The translations under genes and the position numbers were made by a program. Positions 27,347 to 64,000 of a DNA stretch of 64,000 bases are shown in pieces (position 1 is the first letter of the stretch; each line of letters begins with the position of its first letter). The stretch spans positions 14,198,001 through 14,262,000 of the forward strand of contig CM022670.1 of the NCBI GenBank assembly GCA_012295275.1, read 5' to 3'. The notes below the pieces were generated by a model. That model made no database searches and was not told where the DNA came from. It saw only the letters and a program-made list of their open reading frames with translations. This DNA comes from Chrysomallon squamiferum. Taxonomy: Eukaryota; Animalia; Mollusca.

Positions 27347-27589
27347 TCGGTTTAATTCCAGTGAACAAAACCCTAGATGCCAATAGGTTATCTTGAAGAA
27401 TTCATCCTTTTTATCTGATTTAAAAAACAAACGATCAAACTAATAATAATAAAAAAAAATACACGGCTGCAATATTGTGCCAGTGGGTCGGTCATCTTCA
27501 AGAATTCAGCTTGTAATATTAAAAACAATGGAAAACTACCTGTTCCTAAAACTGTGATAAAGCTTGTTGGATGTGTCCTACAGCTAGTT

Positions 27590-27665
27590 TATATGTGTAT
27601 CCGTCTATGGTAAGTTAAGGCACATATTAAAGATGCCTTGCTATTAATCGATGACAGTACATAAC
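27590..27665 (+). mobile_element. Decayed SINE fragment, same family
   Basis: atatgtgtatccgtctatgg...cacatattaaagatgccttgctattaatcg aligns by eye with the core at 35613-35638. Confidence 0.5.
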
Positions 27666-28587
27666 GGAGTGTGGGTTTATAACAGTTGATTATATCGATG
27701 AAATATTTTACTGATACATAAAAACCTGTAACATTACAATATCTTGAAGTAATGTTACATTAATTAATACAAAATGACAAATGTTTGGTTTGGAAATGAT
27801 CCACAACAAAGATTCTTCTTGTTTTTTTTTTTTTAAAGTCGAACTCAATTAAATTTTATTCCCTTTGTAGCACCATGATTGTTGGAGTTAACAAAGAATT
27901 TACATATACTTTTAATTTATTTAACTACTGTAACTGTACTCTTATTCCAATTTTCTTTCTGAAGCAATGGTGATTTTTCTTTCTTTTTTTTTTCTTTTTT
28001 TTAAATACATTCAGTAATAACTGATCTCTATGAGATATTTTAAACATTTTGAAAACTAACGACATTTAATGTATTTTCTGTTAATGTTTTACAGATTATT
28101 TTGCTATAGAAATATTTCACTAGAGGACGAGTGTTTTCATTTAACAAAAACTGGATTGCAAAGTATCAGATTTTCCCATTAAAGAGACTCACCCAGCCTG
28201 GCTATAAGCTAATCTGTTGTAGACACGATCATTAACGAAGATAATGCCAACATTAAATAACTGTCACTGTGAAATTCCGGCCGGGGATGGACACGAAAGT
28301 CTAATACGAAGAACAAAAGATCGGATCATCTGAACTAGTTATTTCGCTTTACGGGTCGTAGAGGGCCGAGGAAGAGCTTCCTTCGTAAAGCATTGCTAGG
28401 ATTAATTCTTGTCAAACAGTTGTTAAAACTGATTAGCATGAAGAAAAACCAAATTGCTGTGACGAAAAGAAGATGGTTTCTACACTCGTTTTTCTTAGGG
28501 AAAAAGTAGCCACCGCACTGCTGAAATAAATCTCAATTGAAACAAACTTTATCGATTTGTAAGGCCTATCTGGCCACGGTGGTTACT

Positions 28588-28692
28588 CCAGCCAATCTGC
28601 GACTGCGATAGTAAAGGCGCTGAAACAAATGATTCCCCGTCAGCGTTGGTATAAATACAAGGCTTCTTATCGAATGCTTCGATGATACAGTG
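28588..28692 (+). promoter_or_regulatory. Candidate core promoter of the CARP/CA10-like gene (CCAAT box + TATA box)
   Basis: AGCCAATCT (CCAAT 28592-28596) and TATAAATA (28650-28657) in canonical order and spacing, ~410 nt upstream of the ATG at 29062. Confidence 0.4.
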
Positions 28693-28852
28693 GGATTAAT
28701 AACAACCACGGATTTTATGAGCGGAGTTATTCTATGACGTGTTGGTAATGAGGCAGGATTAACTGAAACGTTTCAAGACCGGACTTTGGAAGCGGTGCGG
28801 ATCGTTTCTTCTGTTGTTTGATTTTTTAAAAATTTATTTTTATATTCTCACC

Positions 28853-28916
28853 TGGTGCGCATTACGAATGGTGCGTATTGCGAATGATACGCATTTAGGA
28901 TGGTGCCTTATGCGTG
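28853..28916. repeat. 16-bp degenerate tandem repeat x4 (TGGTGCGYATTRCGAA)
   Basis: Units start at 28853, 28869, 28885, 28901. Confidence 0.8.
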
Positions 28917-29061
28917 ACGTAATAATAATAATAATAATACAGATTGGTGGATCGTGTGTGTTTTTTTGAAATTTGATTTAAGAAGTTTCAGTTTCGATGA
29001 GAACGAATAGTTAGGAAGAAGAAAGAAAGAAAGAAAAAAGTTTTTTTTTTTTTTTTTGAAA

Positions 29062-55020
<25,959 letters not shown>

Positions 55021-55325
55021 GTGGGATAACTGTTTATTTACATATCAAAATTTACATGTCAAACTTTACAGTTAAATTAGCAGATGGTTTTATACTGGAG
55101 GGAAAATATCATTCCTAAGACTTTAGCTGAAATTAAAGCGCCTTTAGACCGCAGACACAAATTTATAATCCATTCTTAGGGATTTGAATTGAAAATATTT
55201 TCATTAAGTAATGATTTAAAGAGTCTAGATCTTTATTTATATACGAAGTAAAGAGCTGTGTGCACTTGTCGTATTTTAAATATAAACAAATATATAAACA
55301 GAAAGAGAGAGCGAGACAAAGACAG

Positions 55326-55332
<7 letters not shown>

Positions 55333-55413
<81 letters not shown>
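55333..55413. repeat. (GA)n microsatellite
   Basis: Direct reading. Confidence 0.95.
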
Positions 55414-55417
<4 letters not shown>

Positions 55418-57012
55418 GTGTGTGTGAGAAACAGAGAAAAAATGAAAGGAGAGACAGAGAAGAAAATGAAAGAAAGTGAGATAGAAAGACATACGTGGAT
55501 GCTGATTTCAAAAAGCGTCGAAAGAAAATTCTTGAAAATAAAACTAAGGAATAAAAAAAAAAAAAAAAAAAAAAAATTCCACACATACAATCATTCAGTG
55601 ACCGATCTTTAAAAAACAACCACACCTGCATCTGTAAAATCTGTCTACTTTGTATTCAGTACCAATAAACAAATGTTTGTCTCTCTGGACGACTACATCC
55701 ACAATTATCTCTCTAACAGTATTCCAGCCAATTGCGTCAGCTTGTTCTTGTACCGTAAAATCTAATCTCTGGAAATCCCTTGACTTGTCACAGGATTTTA
55801 AACGAGTCGCAGACTGGAAAACATCGGTGGAAAAGACCCGCAAAACTGTAACCATCCTGCGACACGAAACAGACAAGTAAATCGTAGCCGATCGCGTGTG
55901 TAACAAAATTCTGCATCATTTCCAAAACAAGAGAGGAAATCACAAGTCTTTCGGTAACTGAGAAAACTATAGTGAGTTATATTAGAAATGGAACACTCTG
56001 TCAATACACTGCTACAGAAAAGAGAAGGAATTTGTAATCATTATGATAATCACAAAGAAACAGCTGCAACTAAATAAAGAACAAAAAAATAAAGTAATTG
56101 AAGAAGACGAATAACAACAACAACATAAATTTGTTTATCATATTTACACTTTTATGGTCTTTTTTCCCTTTTAGTTCTTTACTAAATAAACAATTTTATG
56201 TAATTATATTGCTATTTTTTTTCCAATTGTCTACAAGTTAATAGTTTGTAGCATCAGTTCTTACCAGAATCCCATAAAAGATTTACCATCTAGTCTCTTC
56301 TCTAAATTTATCATGAAAAAAGTGGTAACCTAAATTGACTATTGATAACCATTACAGAAATATATACTGAGATGTTGTTAAACATTAATTCACTCGTTCT
56401 ATGATACAGTGTATATTTAATCATCTAAGTTCCTGTTATTGCTGTCTCATAGCCGAATAGTAATAATATATATTGTATTCTTATTAACCGCAGAATACGA
56501 TGTAATAAAATTTGTGTTCCTGCCTGTAATCAATAATTCGAAGGCCTGAATTCATCATGCATGACAGCAAATATATTTCTAAATCAATTCATTTCTCGTT
56601 TATTGCATGTTTAGTTGGGGTTTCTAATTAAAGAATGAGCTCAATAGAGAATCATATTGTACTGGAAATGTAATCTGATTTCAAAGACAGATATATTGAC
56701 ATACGGAAATGTTCTCGACTATAGAGCAGCATCAGTCTATGCAATCGTTGACGCTCCAACGCTCTGTCCATACATTCATCCATCCACCAATCCTCACTCA
56801 CTTTGTTTTCCCTTTTGTTCATCCATCCTTTCATCTATCCATCCATTTACCTATGTAGATTCACATTTACTTCCTACCTACCTATCTACATATTTATCAT
56901 TCTGTCTGCCAGTCTGTTTGTATGTCTGTGTCAGCCTGTGTCTATCTACTGCAATATCTGTATATCTTTATGTCTGTCTCTGTGGCTACTGACTGCCTGC
57001 CTGCCTGTCTGG

Positions 57013-57049
<37 letters not shown>

Positions 57050-58421
57050 CATTCGTTGCTGTATTTTTGTATATCCAGCTAATGATGAAGACAACAACAA
57101 TAAAATATAAATTTTATAAATATAATTTTATATACTTGTTGTACACGAATGTATATACATTTTCACATAATTATATCCAAACACTATATACAGATATAAA
57201 CAATCACTCTGGTATGCCCATAAAGAAAGGAAAAAAGAAAAGAAAATCGTGCTATAATATATCTCACAAAACTTTTCTTACTTGCTGCTTGCTACACGTT
57301 CTATTTCTGTTTAATAAAATAAAATAGATAAACAAAACTGGAAAAGAAAATATCCCCGCTGCTTTAATATGCCATTTCCAGCTGTCAACAAAATACTCTA
57401 ACGATGAAAGGTCGCTGCATCGGCTCATCAACCGCAACAATAAAACCTCATCGCTAAAATCAGCTTTTACTCCCTCATCCCCAGTGATGCTTATCGCTGC
57501 GGCCGTGCATTGGGTAAGACCCTCGCTTTACCGGTCGTAATGGCTATGCGTTTTATAAGACCACCACTTTATAATGTGTCAACATAAATCAGAGCCCGTT
57601 CGACAACGCGCCAGATAAAACTAATCCCTGCTTCTGATCTGCACTCATTCCTTTTCCCATTAACCAAAGACAGAGTTAAACCGTTTATTAGCCGGATCGG
57701 TTGTTTTGACCTTAGTGTATGTGGAGAACACACTTTGAACTCAAAGGCCGTACTTTGGTGGTACACATTTTCATGTTATGGCAACATTAATGAATTTCGA
57801 AATTCAGAGACAACATTATTATTATTACTATTATTATTGTTTTTTTAAAACCTTGCCTATTATTTGGTTGAAGCCTAACAATCCGATTTTGGAAGCTTCA
57901 AATTTTGAAATTACTTTGTCTTTCTTTCCATGTATTGGTGATTTGATCGTTACTTTAATTAACGTTAATTAACATTAATAAATAAACAGCATTTAAATAA
58001 CAAGATAATAAAAATTATTCAAAAATAAATGTCCTGAAATGTCTTCATCCGAATCCAAAACTGTATTGTTTATAAAAACAAATCTGTGCGCAGTAGGTTC
58101 GGACCTTTTTAGATAAAGATTCCATTGTTATCGGCACAAGCCAGTGCAATGCAGAAGAAAGAAAAATCTTTAATTTGTGGCCTTAAATTTATATCTTTGA
58201 TGTATTTATTTTGTTCAAACTGTGATCATGAACTGCTTGATATCCTTAGAACTTGTAATTGCGTAGCATTTTTGTTGTTTAACTGAAATGATACTCATAA
58301 TCGTAAGTGTGAATGGCCTTTGATAGTAGTCTACGTCCAATGTTTGCTTCATTTGAGATATAGTCAGTTTATGACAGTTTTGACAGAAACCATTATCTTT
58401 GATAAATATGTACTTTAGGAA

Positions 58422-58537
<116 letters not shown>

Positions 58538-61500
58538 AATGTGAATGTGTCTATAAATGTGCGTACACATATAAATAAATATATGCATAGATAGGGAGTA
58601 TATATAAATGTATGAAACTTTCAGTCTATCCAATCTATCTTTGCAGCTCTGTGGATATCTGTAGGTGTGTGTATGTGACTCTTGTCAGGGTGCTAGGTAG
58701 CAGAACAAAAAGAAAATTCCTATTTGCTTCATACTGGACATCATTTTATAATTTAACTTATTTAAATTAACATAGATCATGCCACATCGAAGCAATAACA
58801 GCGTATTTTGTTAAATGTCTGTAATATTTCTCAATATAAAAACAACCGAAATAGTTATCTCCTTATATTTCCTATTTTTAATCAATATTCATGAATAATG
58901 GAATTTTCACACTACGCGATGTTGTCTATTGCTAAGGACATCAAGTACGAGTTTGTGAGTGCAGAGTCAACATTTGGTTGAAATCAGACCTATTAAGCCA
59001 CTGTGCCAACATCTGTTATTTCTGTGTATATTAAAACATGTAAAACAAGCTAAATAATCACTGTACACTAGTCAAATAACGAATGAAGTCAGGCATAGCA
59101 TGTAGAGATCCCCTCGGAATAAGTTTACTGAGAGATAACTGTAGATTTGTTTGTATTGAATATACTTCTTTGTATGTGTTTGTGTATATGCATGTAATCA
59201 TGTATCTGTGTATGTATATGTGTATATGTGTGAGTGTATATGTATATCAGTAAATCATTAAGAAATTTAATGCAAAAATCTTTAGGTCTTCGTGCTAGAC
59301 TTTCTGTTCAGGAGCTACTCCAGGTAATAAACTGATTAAACGTGTAACGCATCTCACTCCCGGCAATGGTGAAAGAATCACAATCACAATAACGTCACAG
59401 CTTACAAACCCAGACAATAAAACAAACTACCAAACTAAACAACTGTGTAGGCAAACAGAAAGGATAAACGTGATCAAAGCAGTCGACGACAGTTATAATA
59501 AAGTAACATTTAAACAGAAGGTTATGAACCTTTAAGGACACAAGCACGCAGACGGGAGGAAAAAAAGAAAAAGAAAAAAGAAGAGGAGCGCTAACGAAGC
59601 TCTTAACACCAAAGATAATTTGTTATTACTGACGAAATAAACGCTCTGACGACTTCAAATTATGATGCGTGATTGGATAAGCACACAAGAGCGTTAAGTC
59701 GGAGAAAGGCCGCGACGTGCAGGACTATTATTTTATCTGCTTGCAATGGTGTGAAAATAACGGTAATCTTTTCTCTGTCGCTGGAGATAATTTGAAGTCT
59801 TGTGTCCATTTTCTGAATCATTTCCGCGGAAAATACCCACTCTCGTCAGCTTGGAATCAAGTCCTACGTGACGCCAGAATCACGCCCGGTTAACTGAAAT
59901 AAATAACGTTGAAAATTTTGCTTTTCCAACGTCTGACGATGAAAATTACGGAAGCCAGAGTAATCATTTACAGAAGTATGTTGTGAGTCCATAAATGTAC
60001 GCGACCCGTTTTGAACTAGGTGATCGTTTACCGACTTCTTTCTTTTTACTTCTTTTGACCAGTTCTAACTTACGTTCATTTGTTCGATTACTATTTGTCC
60101 TTATGTACCGTAACAGACTTCATCTCATCACGGTTGATTGTAGTGTAAATTTTACCTAATAATTTCAGAGTCCATTAAAATACGACTTAGCAAGCATTGG
60201 TTCGATGGCTTACATTATTTTAGTGATGGCTGTTTTTCGGGTACACGTAAACTATCACATCTGTTGATAATATTCATGCATCAGTGAACAGAAATATGAG
60301 AATAATCTGTGAATTTAATTAAAAGACTGAGTTACGTTGTTAACTGCGTTTGCGTTCAGTAGTGTGTTTCATTTGTATATTCAGATGGTTATGATTAAAA
60401 TTGTATTCATATTTACCAAAAGTATTACCTTAAAACTATTTTCAATCGAATTCTCTATGTATGTTTGTATGTATGTATGTATGTATGTATGTATGTATGT
60501 ATGGTATGTATGTATGTATGTATGTATATATTATTACTAATTTTTTTTTTATCCCTTCTCTCTTATTGCTTAGGTATATACTTTAACTGTTATAAATATT
60601 TTATTCAAGTGTAAAATAAAAAAAAAAATACAACATTTGAAAACCGATCCTCTTCACTGTCCTCAAGTACTGAGATTAATTCCAGATTGCGAACCCTGAC
60701 AAACCCTGCTGACGGTCAAACAAACACTGGCCACTCGATGACTCTCGCGGGAACAAACGAGACCGGGATCAGTGGCGCGCTTTCCCTTTCCTGCAGGAAA
60801 TGAGGAGCGCGCTGCTAACGTCCAACAGTGACAAGACCGGAAATTTTCGCACTTGAAGAGCCTAGACGTTTTTAACTGCCTTTTCATATTATTGATGACG
60901 CCTCTTGAATTCACGTACTCAGAAGGTTGTCATACACGACGAGAGGAGAACGGTGGATGATATCTCAGCCAACGGCAGATAAATTAGTATCTTCTGTGCA
61001 CGACTGATAGACGTTACAGCTGTCAGCAGCTATGAGCCTTTGTCGAAGTATTTGGAGGAATTATCTCTGTCAGTTTGTCTGGGTTTGTGCATATGTATGT
61101 AATATATAATACGTATGTTTATATTTTTACATATATATTCGTATGTATGTTTGCAGTGGTCCTAAAACAGTTATCATTAGATTTGAAAATAAAAAAATTT
61201 TAGCTCTTTCATTAAGGTGAAACTCTTATGCAAACAAAGCATAATAAACCATATCAATAATTCGTATCGACTGCAAAATAATTTAAGAAGTGAAACCACG
61301 TACTGCAGTGTGATATGTAGTCATCATTTGTTAAATAAACAGACGAAGAGGAAGGTAATTATCGAAGATTTCAGATAATCCAGGAGGCGCTGCACGTTTT
61401 TTTTTTTTTGAATATCGGTCAGCCCAGAAGGAGAATATTTTACAAAAATAGCATTTCTGGTTTTTGGTATTTTCTGGTTTTAAATTCAAAGCCATCATTT

Positions 61501-61605
61501 ACTTTAATCTAATTCCGATAGGTATATATCGAAACTAACGTACATGAAATAAATAATCAAAAGCAGACACTGTTTGTAATTTGATACGCCATGTGTGTGT
61601 CTGTG

Positions 61606-61678
<73 letters not shown>

Positions 61679-62387
61679 GTGTGTGTGTGTACATGCGTGT
61701 TTGTGTGTGTGTCGTGTGTGTGTGTGTGCGCCGCATATACTGACACATACATACAGAGCGCACACACACGTGTGCATTTATCTATAAGTGTATGTCTGTA
61801 GGTATATATACTTATGTGTGTGTATGTCCAGTGTATATGTTAATATATATATATATCGACTGTCTGTGAAACTGTCTGTATGTCTGACTGTATTAATTTC
61901 CTTTTCTCATTCTGCCTAACTAATGAATACTTAAAATATAATCAAAATACTTAATAAAGTCACGTACCACATGGATAAACATTCTCACAAGACATTATGT
62001 TCAAATAACAGAAAAACAAAGCAAATCTGTTTCACAGGGGACATTATTAAATGAACTTCTATAAGGACACTCTTTACATCATCCCGTGTGTCAGCGACAG
62101 TGTCAGCTACAACTACCTCGAAGGATGTCTGTCACATACACACACATCAAGTAGAGTGCAATAGTTCACAGCCATTTATTCATATTTGTCTCGATATTGC
62201 CTGATTTGCCTTCCCCTGAGATTGGTTATTGCAGAGAGGGAAGTGGGGATAATAGTAATGGATTATTGTCGAAAACGCAAACAGAAGTTTAGAAGATGAA
62301 CTATTATCTACATTGTCTTTTGTTTTCTTAAGTTTTTACAGGATTTAGAGGGAATATATTTTGAATATATTTATAAAGAGTGATAGT

Positions 62388-62518
62388 GTATATATATGTA
62401 TATATGTATATATATATGCATGCATGCATGCATGCATGCATGTTTGTATGTATGTGTATGTATGTATTTATGTATGCATGCGTGTTTGTATGTATGTATG
62501 TATGTATGCATGTATGTA

Positions 62519-62554
<36 letters not shown>

Positions 62555-62728
62555 TATATGTGTGTACGTATGCATGTATGTTTGTATGTATATATGTATG
62601 TATGTATGTATATGTATGTATATATGTATGCATGTATATATGTATGTATGTATGTATATATGTATGTATGTATGTATGTATGTGTTTGTATGTATGTATG
62701 TATGTATGTATGTATGTATGTATGTATG

Positions 62729-62760
<32 letters not shown>

Positions 62761-62774
62761 TGTATGTATGTATG

Positions 62775-62806
<32 letters not shown>

Positions 62807-62840
62807 TGTATGTATGTATGTATGCATGTATGTATGTATA
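62388..62840. repeat. ~450-bp imperfect (TATG)n tract
   Basis: Direct reading; generates six spurious ORFs. Confidence 0.95.
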
Positions 62841-64000
62841 CACACACACATCTAAGCATTCACAGATACACAGAAATATTAACACATCAATACATTCATA
62901 CACAAAAATAAATCCATAGCCGTATTCAAATAACAAAACACTCCCGAACAGCTAACAGCTAACTAACCAGTGTACATCCGCTCTGTCTCGCCTGTACAGC
63001 CGTGGTCCGAGTGTGACCTCTCATTCACTTTGATTCACTTAACAGTACACACATCGTTTGAAGTATCGACCCTCTCTGCCGGGGAAATTGGACAGACTGT
63101 AACTCATTATTAGGTCCAGACCTACGCGATGTAGTCGTTGGATTATTTCCCTTTCAAGGCTGAATCCCGTCAGCTGTTTATCAAAGAGGGAAGGTGCTAT
63201 CTAGATATATATATATATATATATCATATCATCTCTCTCTCTTGGGGAAGAATTCTTTCTTCAAATCCGAGCTTGCATGTAAGATAAATGTGTTTAAGTG
63301 CCTTCCCTTTGAAGTATTCTAAGAATTTCCAACAACAATTTAAAATAGAGAAACGTATTTCTTTGACTGTTTTACATATGTATTAGACTGACGCATTACA
63401 AAAACAAGAACTGAAATGTAATAATCTGTTTATGGTTTAATGCTGCTGGGTTTTAGTTACAGTCAACTTAACACTGGCAATGAACAGAGATGTGTCGTGC
63501 GGTAGACACCAGTTTATCTCACTTTTACACCCTGCTTTGGCTTTTATTTATTTTATATGCGCTTTTTACCGATGTACCGATACTGACGATTACAGTCTTA
63601 TAGATCAAAATTATCCCTTCTTCGTGAACGGTTTTAAACACCGAATGAATAAATCTGCGACAATCAATGAAAAATCAAACAACAGCGTATTTTTTTACAT
63701 TCACCTTAAGAAACTGATATTATGTCTGAAGGTATGCCGGTGGATAGACGACACAAATTAAATCTTTTTTTTTTTCTCAACATTTCACCATTACGTGAAT
63801 CAAAACTGTGAAAACAATCGATCATTTTGGAGAAACCAAAGAATAATCCGTCATCATTGACCTTTTAAGAGACAAAACAGTTTCTCTGTGTGAAACGAAA
63901 TGGCCTGCACCGCGTGGATCAAGTGAGATCGTGAGGTATTTGGACGAATCTGAAATTTTCCTTGTTCACAACGGCTACGAATGAATACATCAAAAGAAAT

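Noticed and set aside
55595-55906. 103-aa minus-strand ORF with a plausible acceptor at 55857
   Set aside because: Weak donors, no homology recognised, antisense to the CARP intron.
62328-62936. Six overlapping ORFs of 127-202 aa
   Set aside because: Translations of the (TATG)n tract (YIHT/MYVC repeats); no coding signal.

Overview
AT-rich, microsatellite-saturated animal (invertebrate, probably mollusc-like) genomic DNA with two + strand spliced genes. (1) 257-6957 holds the last 11 exons of a copper-transporting P1B-type ATPase (ATP7A/B orthologue). All hallmark motifs are present (CPC, DKTGT, SEHP, TGDN, GDGVND, YN, MxxSS), one intron is GC-AG, and the gene body is CpG-depleted. (2) A gene missed by the ORF track: a 58-nt signal-peptide exon (29062-29119) splices across a ~25.9-kb intron to a 45-nt microexon (54976-55020), giving MDQTLLKFSLLLMITERVTA-ADLWKSWWTYQGIS(G). 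This is the N-terminus typical of invertebrate carbonic anhydrase-related proteins (CARP, CA10/CA11-like); the rest of the gene lies beyond the window. The remainder is CpG-retaining non-coding DNA with a Tigger/pogo deletion derivative, decayed SINE fragments, a 47-bp inverted repeat, minisatellites, motif clusters and many simple repeats. Most long ORFs in the supplied track are microsatellite artefacts. All calls are by eye; no database searches were run.
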